A stretch of DNA of 64,000 nt from Octopus sinensis (Eukaryota): positions 32,867-96,866 of the forward strand of contig NW_021833027.1 in assembly GCF_006345805.1 (NCBI RefSeq), in the 5' to 3' direction. The notes below the pieces were generated by a model, which was given only the letters and a program-made list of their open reading frames with translations, was not told the origin of the DNA and made no database searches. Positions 8,630-22,181 of this stretch are shown piece by piece. Every line of letters begins with the position of its first letter. Positions within the stretch are counted from its first letter, which is position 1. The position numbers and the translations under genes are program-made.

Positions 8630-9266
8630 TGAGGGAGAAAAGGGAGGGAAAGAAAGAGAGAGAAATTTAATAAAAGAGAAAGAGAGAGATATATAATAAA
8701 GGAGGAGAGAAAGAGAAAGAGAGAGACATATATAAGGAGGGAAAAGAAAGTGAAAGAGACAGACACGTAATAAGAGAAATAGACAGATATATATATATAA
8801 TAAGGGGAAGGTGGAAGAAAGAGAAAGAAAGAGACAGACACGTAATAAGAGAGATAGACAGAGAGACAGACAGATACAGAGAGAGATAGGGAGAGAGATA
8901 GAAGAGAGAGAGAAGAAGGCAATGTGGATCAAGGGAGATAATATACAGAGCTTTCTTCACACACGCACTTATAATTTCTCATATGAGGTAAATGAGTGCG
9001 ATGGCCAAATGAGAGAAATGTAATGATCTCTATTAGGTGATTTGTATCGGAACTTCAAGAGGTTTTAGGGAAAGGGGGGTTCAACGGTTTGGGCTTATAG
9101 GGTTATATATAGGAATGCTAACGAACCGTTCTATTTATTTCGATGCGTAAACGAGAAAAACCGTGTTTTCTGTCTATGAAAACTGTCCGTTTGTTTGTAC
9201 CCAATTTTCTTAAGTTTTGTAGTTTGTAACGCACAGACTACAAACAAGAAATCACACTCACAAGTA

Positions 9267-9308
<42 letters not shown>

Positions 9309-9339
9309 AATATATATATATATATAAGTGTGTGTATAT

Positions 9340-9548
9340 ATGTTTGTGTGTCTGTGTTTGTCCCCCTAGCATTGCTTGACAACCGATGCTGGTGTGTTTA
9401 TGTCCCCGTTACTTAGCGGTTCGGCAAAAGTGACCGATAAAATAAGTACTGACTGGGCTTACAAAAAGAATAAGTCCCGGGGTCGAGTTGCTCGATTAAA
9501 GGCGGTGCTCCAGCACGGCCGCAGTCAAGTGACTGAAACAAGTAAAAG
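9340..9548 (+). mobile_element. SINE family A, 3' half
   Basis: gcattgcttgacaaccgatgctggtgtg...ggcggtgctccagcacggccgcagtcaagtgactgaaacaagtaaaag. Confidence 0.8.
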
Positions 9549-9973
9549 TATATATATATATATATATTATATATATATATATATATGTATGCACACACAC
9601 ACACATATATATATGTATACACACACACACGCATATACACCACACACTTATACATCATTATTATATATTTGGCTTTTCCGTATGTCATCCCGTCTGGCAC
9701 ACAAGGACATCCTCATCCAAGGACGGCTCAGACAGGAATTGATCAAAACCCCCCAAATTATGTCCAGTTAACATTGCTCCTGGATAACACCGCCCCCTTC
9801 TAGTACCGGCGCCTCCTGATCGAGAGCCACTTAGAGGTAACTTCCGATATACCCACACGGTAGCCTTCCGCCACATTGGCGCCTGTGATACCAACCATAT
9901 TGTTAAGTCTGCAGACGAACTGACCTTTAATCTCTCCGCATTCGATCTTGATCATGATGACCATGCTTGATAA

Positions 9974-10020
<47 letters not shown>

Positions 10021-10023
<3 letters not shown>

Positions 10024-10286
10024 AGGGGTGCCGAAAAGTTCCAGGTTTTAAGGGTTGCGAAAGGCCGCTGGAGGTCCAACCTTTCGAGTTTTTCTATTTT
10101 TGTTTCTTTACAGAGCTTAGAAAAACTGATGGATCGCCGCTTTGTGAATCTTAGAAAAACTGAAGGATCGAAGTTTGTGAATCTGAGAGAAGGAATATAT
10201 TAAATAAAATGGATCTTTTAATTAAAAAAATCAGGTGACTGAGATTGAAAAGATCCTATAGAATCATAATTAACTGATCCTCCTGT
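10021..10286 (+). mobile_element. Non-autonomous mariner-like element with a relic transposase C-terminus
   Basis: Begins acgaggggtgccgaaaagtt and ends aactgatcctcctgta. The internal ...aaactgatggatcgc...tttgtgaatctgagagaaggaatatattaaataa resembles mariner 'KL-DRW-KCV---GEY-E*'. A second copy lies at 30164-30327. Confidence 0.55.
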
Positions 10287-10468
10287 ATATATATACATAC
10301 ATATATATATATATATTTATTAGAAGGTTTGGAGATGATGTACAGGTATTTTATATTAGAAGAAATGAGGTGCTCAGAAATTCGGATGGTTTTATATTTA
10401 TAGATATTTATTTGTATATTACATGTTTTTATACATCATACATCATATATTAGCGCTTTCGTCCATTC

Positions 10469-10534
<66 letters not shown>

Positions 10535-11322
10535 TCACATTCGCATAAAAAAACACACACACACATATATACGTATGTTGTTCAAGTATTCTTTGTAGTT
10601 TAGATCCAAAGTATTGTAACCGTAACCATTCTTTATTTTTATTCTGGCATTGTATATCATGGACTACATTGCTCATTGTGCTTTTCTTTTTATTTAGTTG
10701 GCAGAATCTAAATAACGCGAGGAAGATTTGACTACTGTTTCTAGAAGACTGGGTGACGACGTAGGGAATACTTGTTAGAGGCTCGTTACATTCATTCACC
10801 TAATTTCAGTCGCTGAACTGCGGCCATGCCGAAGCAAAAGCAATATAGTGCCACAGTTTAATGAAGCAGAAGAGACTTATACCTCTCCCACCTTATGTCG
10901 CTGTTGTTCAGCCCCCTTCCTCCATCATTCCTATTTTAAAACGAAGGGGGTTGTTATTTGGCTGTTGTTTCTAGCATGTCGACTGACGACACAGATTTCT
11001 TGTTTGTTGACTCACTGTTTTATTGTGGCGCTATTATACTAATAGTTGCTATTATCTGCACAAATCGTTTAATGCATTAAATATTTAATTACTATTGCAA
11101 TGCATTAACTGTTAGTTAATTAATTAATAATAGTTAATTTATAGACTTGGCTTGAAAAGAGACACAGTGTCTGTTAGCAATTGGGAGTTATTTTGTTGTT
11201 CTTTTTCGTTATCTAAAAATAAAATAAAAATTAAATTAAAACGGAGCCTTCTTCTTCTCTTCAACGTTTGTCGCAACAGTTTTAATCAATCATAACTGCC
11301 TGCAATCATAACAGCAACAGCA

Positions 11323-11604
11323 GTAGAGGCGCAATAGCCCAGTGGTTGGGGCAGCGAACTCGCGGTCGGAGGATCGCGGCTTCGATTCCCAGACCGGGCA
11401 TTGTATGTGTTTATGTGTTTATTGAGCGAAAACACCTAAAGCTCCACGAAGCTCCGGCATCTACGAGTCTGGATGCGCATTCATCCACCCGTCGTTGCTC
11501 TCGGTGTCGGGGGGTTGACTTGCTTTCTCTGCTGCGGGTCTTACGAATAGCAAAGGACCACGTTTCGGACTTCTCCAACTAATGAGACGAAGACCGCTTC
11601 GCTC
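11323..11604 (+). mobile_element. tRNA-derived SINE (third family) with a 13 bp target-site duplication
   Basis: Head gtagaggcgcaatagcccagtggtt...ggcttcgattccc. AACAGCAACAGCA flanks both sides (11310-11322 and 11605-11617). The head is related to that of the 61465-61767 element. Confidence 0.75.
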
Positions 11605-11624
11605 AACAGCAACAGCAACAATAA

Positions 11625-12240
11625 TAATGGCTTCAAATTTTGGCACAAGGCCAGCAATTTCCTGGGAATGAGTGTGTCGGCTACATCGACCCCAGTGTTT
11701 CTTTGGTAATTATTTCATCGATCCCGAAAGGATGAAAGGCAAAGTCAACCTAGGCAGAACTTGAACTCAGGCGCTAAGCATTTTGTCCGGGTGCAGATGA
11801 TTCTGCCAGCTCATCGGCTTTTTTTCAATAATTATAATAATCCTTTCTACTATAGCAGGGGTCCCCAAAATTGTAGGCCATCAACTCCTTCGTGAAATTC
11901 TTGACCCCCTCATCGAACCCCAGGCATGTACAAGAAAATAAATAATACTTAAGTAGGTGTGCTTTTATCGACCCTTTGAATAGTTCCATTGACCCCAAGG
12001 GACCATAACCTCTTTGGAGGCCCCTGTACTATATGGGCACAAGGCCTGAAATTTGGTGGGAGGGGGAGCTAGTCGATTACATCGCCCCCAGTGTTTAACT
12101 GGTATTTATTTCATCGATTCCGAAAAGATGAAAGGCAAAATCGACCTCGACAGAATTTGAACTCAGAACACGAAGACAAGACTAAAATGCCGCTAAGTAT
12201 TTTCTCCTGTGTGCTAACAATTCTGCCAGTTCGCCGCCTT
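11625..12240 (-). mobile_element. Two tandem SINE family B copies, the second split by a MITE
   Basis: tcgatcccgaaaggatgaaaggcaaagtc.. occurs twice. tcctttctactata|gggcacaaggcctgaaattt is interrupted at 11856-12026. Confidence 0.75.
11856..12026. mobile_element. hAT-type MITE (171 bp)
   Basis: TIRs CAGGGGTCCCCAAA / TTTGGAGGCCCCTG. The 8 bp TSD reads TACTATAG (11848-11855) and TACTATAT (12027-12034). Confidence 0.7.
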
Positions 12241-14334
12241 TTTTTTTAATTATAAGGGGGAGAAAAAAAATAACGATAATCTAATAACGGATGGGCCTCG
12301 CTCCACTAATAGTTCTTTTTGATACAGACACAAGCCTTGAAATCTTGTCGGGTAGGGAGCTGGTTGAGTACCTACCTCGACTCCAGTATTTGACTTGGTC
12401 TTGACACCTCCAATAATATTAATAACAGTAATTCCTTACAAAAAATACACGGTTCAAAATGGTGTGTGAGCAATGCTGTAGCTTCGTGTGAATCTTGAGC
12501 TTTGTATAAATCAAACAACAGACTTAATCATGGCTCAAGTATTTAAATATTTTCTGACTGCGAAGTGATATCATAGTCGTTGTGATGTGGCTTTACGATG
12601 ATTATATCCGTATCTGTAGCAGCAGAACGTCCTAGATATATGGACAGTGGTTTAATGGCTTAGGTGGTGGTAGAGGTGGGTCTTATTTGAGCTTTCTAAA
12701 GAGACATCAACTGATTAGAGCTGGAAGCATCTCAGCTCTTGTGACACGACGCAAAGTGTGTGTCTGTGTGTGTCTATGTGTAGTTCCAATACCGATCCAG
12801 ATATATGAACAGTAATAAGCTTTGTCTAAGGTTAACAAAGTACTTTCTTGCCTTGATAATCAAATTCAGTCGCTGTGACGTCTAAGATATTGTACACGAA
12901 GCAGTAGCTTGTCCAAGATACGAAGATTGTGGAGTCTTACCTCGAGTTTTCTACATTGCATGTGAGGGACATAAACGATCCCAAGCTGACAAAATTAATT
13001 GATTTCATCATAGGATACGAATCATCGTGTCTTCTGTCGTCTCACGATTTTTTTCTCTCTTTTTGGCAGCAATGAGTAGCACAACACTACAAAACAGCTT
13101 ATCATCGAAGACTTTGGACACAAGTATTTATAAATCTCTCCTTCTCCCGACAACACTACCACAGCGACATCAGGTATTTACTACGGCCGAGCAATCACGA
13201 AAGGATTTTAACTTTGTGTAAAGGCCATGCTGTAGCACCAGCTTTTCAGAGTTGAATGCTCTATGTCATTTTTACTCACCATGTTCTTAGGGACTAAACA
13301 TTATTGTGATCTTTAAGCGTTCTGGTGCATTTCCTATGACCAACACTGGTTTCCCAAGATTAAAGCGTTGGATTTTAGCAATTCGATCTGGTCTGAGCAC
13401 TAACGTGGCCAATATCTATTCAACGCTTTTTGGCGTATTCTTATCCATTGTATATTAAACAATTTGTTAATCTTTTCCTTATTCTTTCATAAAGTTAAAT
13501 GTCCTATAATATTAAACTCCTAAAAACAGTCTTTGAAAGACTTGGCAGCACTAAATTCATTAGATGCCATAAAGAAGACTTAATGAATTTGGTTTCAAGC
13601 AAAACTTAGTAAAGACCAATTTGCATCTTTTTATTAAGAGGATCTCCTGATTATTTGTTGGATCTCCTGATTACGTACAGCTACCAAGACTTCTCCACCT
13701 CAAGGAGTACGCCATGCATGAATAAAATAGTTACGAATAAAAAAATTGAACCCAAAACTGACTAACAATGCACTTGGTTATATAATCAAACTATTTTATT
13801 GCAATGTTTCGAGGTACCCTAAGCGACCTCTTGGGGAACACCAGTTGGGAAATATTGTTTCAGGTCTTTTATGCCATCTCAATGTGTAATCCAGTGGTTT
13901 TAGTTAGGCTTATTTTAGTTTTTGCATGGATAAGTAACATCTCTTAAAGACAGGTCGATGAACTGGTGGAGACTGGTCTTTTTCTTTCTGTTTTTATTGC
14001 CGTAGTAACTTTAATTCATATTCTTCCGAATTCATGTTGCAAATATGTTTTTACAATGTATAAATAAGCCTCTAATAAAAACGACGTTTTAGCTATTGCT
14101 GTATGGTCTGAGACGGGTTAGTCTTAAAATACTCCAGCAAAGACAACAATCTATCACAGGCATCATTCCTAAGATCAACTGGCAAACACTTCCTCTTCTA
14201 ACGACTCTAGATGGACTGAGGTAATGTAATAATAATAATACGCATTGCTTCAGGATATTATGATGGGAGCTAGATCTAGATAAAACACTAGTCTATTGTA
14301 GAAACCACCACTAGATAATCTGCATTTTATTCTG

Positions 14335-14760
14335 TTACCAGATGTAGTTTTAAAGTTCAGATCAGTTCATCTGTTTCTTATTCCGCCACCAGATTATTCT
14401 GAGTTCGTATCAGTTCATCTGTTTCTTATTTAGTCACCAGATGTAGTTTTAAATTCAGGTCAGTTCACTTGTTTCCTATTCAGTCACGAAGATATTCTAA
14501 GCTCAAATCAATTTGAACTTATTTTGTTTCTTATTCAGTCACAAAATGTCGTTCTCACTTCAGATCAGTTCATCTGTTCCCTATTCAGCCATTAGATAAA
14601 AGTTTTTGAGTTCTAATCAATTAATCTCCATCCTATTTTGTTACCGGACGTTGCTTTGAGTTTAGATCATTTCACCTACTTTCTGTAAAGCCATGAAATA
14701 ATCTGAACTGAGATTAATTCATCTTTCCCATTGAGCCACTCGTTATAGTCCTCAGTTCAA
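14335..14760. repeat. Degenerate minisatellite, about 48-51 bp unit, roughly 9 copies
   Basis: Recurrent agttcagatcagttcatctgtttcttattcagtcaccagat. A perfect AGTTCA-N4-AGTTCA lies at 14354-14369. Confidence 0.75.
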
Positions 14761-15653
14761 CTCCAGCCAAGATCAGTACTGCCTATTGTCTTTTCTTCCA
14801 ACGAAGGCAAAACAAAAAGTACCAGTCATGCACTAAGGTTGGCCTGCATCTCAAACCCATAGGATGCGTAGTCATGTGTAAGGTGTAATAAATTGATTCA
14901 ATTTGTAGCAGCAATCAGTAAAAAATGTAGTTGACGTTGGTTGGATTCGAACACTGAACATACAGAGATGCGACAAAATACTGCAAGACTGTTTGTACAG
15001 CGATCTATTGATTCAGCCAACTCGTCGCCATTTACGTCCAACCATCACATTTCCATTTTGCCGGTCCATTTACCGATTCTGTCATCTTATCGAACGTTTA
15101 TTGATTCTTAATATCGAGCTTGAGACGTAGTTGTTTATCTAGATCCTCGTTATTCGACCGGACGAGAAGCAACGTTTGACTTCGGCAGGATTTGAACTTA
15201 GAATGTAAGAAACAAGTCGCGAAATATCACAGGCATTTTATCCGGTTCTTTTACCTATTGTATACATTATCCACAAGAACCTTGTAAACGCGTTAATAAT
15301 GAAATAACAATGGCTAGTAGAAACAGCAAGCTAGAAAATCCATATTATTTTACGAATATAAATTATTGAAAATTAGAAAAAAACTCGGAAAACTGTAAAT
15401 ATATTATTTGTAAATATAATTTTATTTTATTTCATTTGGAAATTTTACAATTTTCTTAACTCTCTTTTTTCTTTTTCGGCATTTTTCATTTATATATATA
15501 TATATTTTATCGATATTTTTAATTTGTTTTCTGGGGTTTTTTTCCAAGTATATTTGAAATTGTTTTATTTGTTGATTAGTTTTCACAAATCACACTCTTT
15601 ATATATATATCTTTATATATATATATCTTTATATATATATCTTTATATATATA

Positions 15654-15689
<36 letters not shown>

Positions 15690-17524
15690 CATACATATAC
15701 TCACACACACATTACTGGAGTCTAATACTTAACATTAGATACATTACTAAGCTTAAAGACAACAAGTGGAATGGTCACGATTGGCTATCTTTGATCATAG
15801 GTCTGCTTCATAAAGGACAACCTTGGGCTAAAAACATCAGCTATGAAATACACGCGATATAATATATTCTTCCATACATTACGTCTGAAAAAAAATACGA
15901 CGAGACAGCCACGACTGGAATATATTTGACTTATATACGTCCGTCTGATTAGGCCTGGAAAGATGTTTTAAGATTAATGGAATATTTGTTGAGACAGCGA
16001 TTAGGTAAATAAAGATATATTGCGCACCTAATTTTTTTTTTTATTTTCTGTGTCTGTGTGTAAGGCTCACAGTAAAATACAAACGATTGTAAAAGCTATG
16101 CTCGCGTCGATATACACGCACGCACACAAGTGTGTGTGTGGTTGGCAATGATGGAAGACGTCCGTCGTTTCATCAACTGAATTACCTGCTCCTGAATTAG
16201 CGTAGGAAATGGCCAAAGCATTCGACACACGTGTAACCTTAACGTAATTTCTGCGGCAGAATCAGCTTACCATATGTGTGTGTGTGTGTGTGTGATGAAG
16301 ATGTACCGTTTTGAATTACAAATACAATCAACCTGACGGGCTTCTGTCTCTTTTAATTTTACTCACATAGTTAGAACAGCAAATGAACAAAATCCGCACC
16401 CCAGAATGTTACGCAGCGTGAAGTGAAGGTTTTGATCTTTCGGTTACATTGCTCCTATGAATGCAAGGGGCTACGGGTATATGAGTACTTTCTGTATGGA
16501 AACCTAAAAGACAACCTTATCTTTGACATAAATAGACAATTCTAATTTAATTCTGGTATTGAGCACTCTTAAGCTTTTTTTCGTAAAACGACGCCGTTTA
16601 GAATACAACTTTCAAATGTCTGTACACCCAGACACGCAAGCAATAAACACATGTAAATACATACGAATATCATCAGACAAGACAATGTATTTGCACGTCG
16701 GCTCTTCCATATTATTTCACAATAATTATGTTTAAAGCTACAGTGGGTTACCTAAATTGACTTCACAAAAGCTTATATTAAAACTCTCTCTCTTGCCTTA
16801 AAACGTGCACGTACTTAATAAACTGCACAAATAGTATGCATATATATATTTATATATATATATATATATATTATGGTTTCTAACATTGCACAAGGTAACC
16901 AATTTGGGGGTGGAAGAAATGGTATATAGATTAGATACGCTTCAGTCCTTGGGTGTTCCTTTAGAACGTATTTTATCGATGCCCAGCAGATTAAATCTAA
17001 AGTCGTTCTCGGCGAGAATCGAACTCAGAACTGCAAAATATTTTGTCTGAGACGTTACCAATTCATCCATCCAGCAGTTTACATTAACAACTAACCAAAT
17101 TTTTTTATTTATTTTAAGCAAAGGCACAAGGAAGGGATTTAGTCAATATTATTGATCGTCGGTATTTAATTGTTACTTAATATTTTTTTGAACCCGGGGA
17201 TGGAAAGCCAAGTTGACCAAAGCTGAATTTGAACGTAAACAACCGGAATAGATAACGTAAAGGCATTTTCACAGACGTTCTAACGATTGTACGTTCGAAT
17301 CCATCGCCCTGTCTAACCAACGAATAATAAAATAACGTTTTGATTGTCAAAATTTTGCTGTCCACAATTTTCTGCATATAGTGGTGTATGTAGAAATAAA
17401 AACAGCTAAAAACTAATCCGTATTTCGAGCTATTACATATTTCTCTAATCCAAACATTTTTCGCCTTCTTTTACTTAATTCTTTCTTGAATATAAACCAA
17501 AATTTCAAAGAAACAAAGTATTAC

Positions 17525-17728
17525 TTGAAGCATATCCTGTTGTGTCTGGGGAGAGTCATTCTCTTTTTGTGCCTTATAATTTAACACACACACCGGTAAA
17601 ATTTCCACTTATTTCTTAATTTTTATTTTCTAAAATTTTCAATAGTCTTGACTGACTATTGATTGAAAAAAGTTGCAAGACGCAATGAAAATTTTAGAAA
17701 ATAAAAATAAGTGGAAATTTTACCGGTG
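17525..17728. mobile_element. Penelope-like fragment with terminal inversion
   Basis: Homologous to 7135-7260. Arms caccggtaaaatttccacttattt... (17591-17641) and ...aaataagtggaaattttaccggtg (17686-17728). Confidence 0.6.
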
Positions 17729-18108
17729 AAAGTATTACTTATTCTGGACGTAAAAGAATGGATCGTTAGTAAAGCTAAGTGGAGCACAAGTGATGGACAC
17801 TTTGAGGTGCTAGAAATAGATAGTCATTTAAATCGTCTCTTTTATTGACCTACGAACGATATATGTGAAAATGGATAGGTGCTGGGGTTTGAACTCAGAG
17901 TATCAACTAAATATTGTGAGATTGTTGTTGTTTTTGGTCGAGTACTCTATAAAATTGTAACCTGTCCAACACCATTTATACGTTTTTTTTTATGCGTTTC
18001 AACCCGAAGGTTGCGGCCATGCTGGGACACACAACACACACAAACATATGTGCGTTCATATGCATATAAAATGTACACATACATACACAAAAGAGAGGCT
18101 ACCATACA

Positions 18109-18149
<41 letters not shown>

Positions 18150-18924
18150 GATGCAGACAACACCTGCATAAGATATTTAAGCGCAACTGTAGTAGTAGTA
18201 GTAGTAGTAGTAGTAAGAAGAAGACAAGAGGTCACACTTCAGTTGAAGGTCACTAGTGAAGCCATGGCTTAGCATTATTGAAACTCCCAAGACCAACGCC
18301 AACGTCATCCTCCACCCTCACCATCGCAATCACGACCACCACCACCATCACCATCATCAACAACAATAACGACATCATCATCATCATCACCACCAACAAC
18401 GCCGACAGCACCTGTTACTAGAGAGACACTACTGCTACTATCAAAAGCTACTAGTTACAACGTGGAATAAATAAAGCTTGGCTCGAAATACTAGTAAAAA
18501 ATAGTAGTAGTTGTAAGGCAACTACAGTATCCCTCAAACCACACCCTGTCGTCTTAAATAAAGAAAACTGAAATAATATATTCTTCTGAAGCAAAAAAAA
18601 AAAAACATGATAAATAAATGAATATATAAATATGCGACGTGATGGTCATGATTTGACAGTCAATTATCATAAATCTACTCGACCAGGGGCCGACTGTATA
18701 ACAAACAACAAATATTATAGTAACGATAAGCTCACACCATGCTTTATTTCTTTGGTACTACTAGGCTGTAACTAACGATTATTCTGCATTAAATAGGGAT
18801 TTTTTTTTTATATTTCGTTAGTTATTATTATTACTATTATTATTATTATTATCATTATTATTATCATTATTATTATTGTTATTGTTATTATTATTATTAT
18901 TATTCTGTCTGTCTGTTTATCTTG

Positions 18925-19376
18925 GTTGGGCCGACCGCGCGGCTGCCCGACCGACGGTGCAGACGTTTTTTGTTTGTCAAACCCCGCCCATCGCTGTGTT
19001 TTCCGATTCAGAGCAGGAAAGCCCACTACTAAGAAAGCCCCCACCACCACCACTACCACCAACACCATCACACCACCACCACCACCACCACCAGCACCAC
19101 CAACAACAACAACTATTACTATTACTATTCCTACTACTACTACAACTGTTACTACGATTGCTTACACCAATGGAAACGATTCTTAGCAGCATCAAATATT
19201 GACAGCTGTATTAACACCATCACTATCATCACCACCAGCAGCAACATCAACAACAACAACAACAACAATAATAAAATAATAATAATAATAATACTATAAA
19301 AAGAAAAATACAGGATATTGCGGAAAATATTCGCGCTAACAAGTGCGGAATTGACCGGAGGGAAGGGCAGGTAACT
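18925..19376. promoter_or_regulatory. CpG-rich patches with a GC box and a plus-strand splice-donor-like site; possible promoter or first exon
   Basis: gggccgaccgcgcggctgcccgaccgacgg (18927-18957), CCCCGCCC (18982-18989), gggcag|gtaact (GT at 19371-19372). Confidence 0.25.
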
Positions 19377-19828
19377 CTCGTAGCTAACACAAAACCTGCA
19401 TTGGTTTTTGACTGCAATGCAGTGTGGTGGTGGCGACGGCAACAGCGGCGGCGGCGGTGATGCTGATGTGGTGGGGGGGAGGAGAGGGAAGAGATAGAAT
19501 TTGGAACACAAGGTGCAACCATGCCAACAGCATAAAAATATTCTTTTATTCTTTTTTTTTTTTTTTTGATTTACTCGTTTCATCCATTGGACTTGCGGCC
19601 ACGCTGGGGCACCACCGCCTTACATACAGCAAGGGTTTCTTTTCCTTTTCTTTCCTTTGTTTTGTTTTTTTTGCTGTTGTTTTTTTTTTGTTTTCCAATC
19701 GATTTTATCGATCCTAATGTTTATTCCAGTCTGGCGCTAATTATATTGATCACTTTTCGTCGAACCGCTAATTATACGAAAACACTCACACATCCATCCA
19801 TATGTACGTGCATATCTGTCTGTCTGTA

Positions 19829-19932
<104 letters not shown>

Positions 19933-20659
19933 TGGAGCATGATAAGACAACTGAAAGACGGACTTGCGCGCGCGCACACACATACACACACCAGGGTCTC
20001 TGCAGAGTTTCCGTCTACCAAAGCTATAATAAGAAACATGATGCCATGTTGTGGATAGAATACAACCACATGGCAGAGAAACGAGCCATGATGGATGGCA
20101 TATATATATATATACTTAAATAAATATTTCTTTGTAGTTTGATGGTAGGTGATCTATTTCTAGCATACGGCCGACTACCTAGTGGTCTTGCCCTTTGAAT
20201 ATACACACATATGTATATATATACGAATAAGCATGCACAGAGACACAAGGACGTGTGAATTCAAATAATTAAACAATTAACAAAATAACTTCTAAGAGAG
20301 GTACACGGCCAGAATTTTCAAGGGACGAACAGAGAAAGGAGTGTTAGCTACTTATTGTTACAAATGCGCCCCAGGAAGGGGAAATGCAAAACTCGACACC
20401 TCGGCTGGATTTGAATTCAGCACGCCCGAACATCGAAGCTAAATGTCGCAAGGCATTTTTGGTTCGACGTTTCATCGATTGTACAGCCATTATTCTCTCA
20501 CTGCGCGCGTGCGAATATACACGTGTATACACGCACATATATATAATATATATATATATACACCAGTCATGAATACTTAGTACAATACAGAGCAAATGCT
20601 GGGTGTTTATGCATACATTAAAGTGCAAGCTATGCTGTATTAGGCATGGGTAATGTATT

Positions 20660-20760
20660 TATAATGTATGTATACAAGGTGCTATATATATACGTGTGTA
20701 TATGTATGTATACAAGGTGTTATATATTTATGTGTGTGTGTGTGTGTGTATACAAGGTGC

Positions 20761-20795
<35 letters not shown>

Positions 20796-21075
20796 TTGTG
20801 TATGTATACAAGGAGCTATATATGTGTGTATGTATGTATACAAGGTGCTATATATATATGTGTGTGTGTGTGTGTGTATACAAGGTGCTATATATGTGTG
20901 TGTATGTATGTATACAAGGTGCTATATATGTGTGTATGTATACAAGGTGCTATATATATATGTGTGTGTATGTATAGAAGATGCTATATATATGTGTATT
21001 GTGTGTGTGTATACAAGGTGCTATATATATATATATATGTATGTGTGTGTATGTATGTATGTATACAAGGTGCTG
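20660..21075. repeat. Compound minisatellite: constant core gtatacaaggtgctatata with variable (TA)/(TG) spacers, about 11 copies
   Basis: Direct inspection. Confidence 0.9.
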
Positions 21076-22143
21076 TATATATGTGTGTGTGTGAGTATGT
21101 ATACACAGTACATGGTAGTGTACAACAATAGAAAGGTGTGTATACAATCAAATGCAACAGTAGGAGATTATATGAGTAAATGTGTACGAGTGCGCGTGCA
21201 CTTAAAGGTACACAAGTGTTCTAGTAGTACAAGGAATGTGTGTGCGTGCGCGTGCATGCATGTGTGTGTGTGTCTGCTGAGCACGTCACGAAGAAGCAAT
21301 AACAACAACTATTACTGCTGGTACAAGTCCCTCGTGTCAATCAACATCGCCAGACGGCAAGTGTTGATTGGTGAGTGACACGTTGCTGATGTGTACATAG
21401 ATATTGCACACATATATGTACACTATTATGTAGTACAGTATTGTAGTGTGTTGTGCAGTGGCGTTATGTGTATGAAATTGAAGCGTATAGTAGTATAGTA
21501 GTATAGGCGCCGGAGTGGCTGTGCCTGTGTGGTGAGTAGCTTGCTTACCAACCACATGGTTCCGGGTTCATTCCCAGTGCCTGGCACCTTGGGCAAGTGT
21601 CTTCTACTATAACATCGAGCCGACCAAAGCCTTGTGTACCTGTTTAAAACACACATTCAAAGGGGCTCGGTAAACAGTTACGCCCGAGGGCCCTTAATGC
21701 TCTCAGTCCGCCCCCGTGTATCTGTAATTCAAAGGGTCATCCTTATCACATTGAATATCCTACAGAATCTATGTTAAGGGTTTCGCGTGTCTGTGGAGTA
21801 CTCAGCCACTTGCACGCTAATTTCACTAGAAGGTTGTTCCGTTGATTTGATGAACTGGAACTGATCCTCCATCATAAGCGACGGAGTTCCAATAGTCATA
21901 CAGTGTGCAGTACGTTTTATAGTGTTGTGGTATTTAGCTTGCATTGTAGTGTAGGCTGCAGTATGTTGAGTGGTACAGTGTTGCAGAATGTGGTGGTATA
22001 GTACATAGTATATGTTGTAGTGATAATAGGAGTAGACGTGGCCGTTGCGGCATGAAGTTTGCTTCCTAACCACATGGTCTCGAGTTCAGTACAACTTTCG
22101 GTAAGTGTCTTCTACTATAGCCCCAGGCCGACAAAGATGACTG

Positions 22144-22181
<38 letters not shown>

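Noticed and set aside
10590-10640. BH3-like string LQYFGSKLQRILEQ in ORF 10443-10799
   Set aside because: It lacks the invariant Asp, has no supporting splice sites, and the ORF is built partly from SINE remnants and microsatellite.
13000-13040. Minus-strand RRHDDSYP resembling BAD RHSSYP
   Set aside because: There is an in-frame TGA just upstream and no acceptor, and the phase does not join the BH3 exon's main acceptor. It is probably coincidence.
13070-13173. Plus-strand exon candidate MSSTTLQNSLSSKTLDTSIYKSLLLPTTLPQRHQ (ttttggcag| ... cag|gtattt)
   Set aside because: Splice-like ends are present, but there is no recognisable homology and no partner exons. The evidence is too weak to call a feature.
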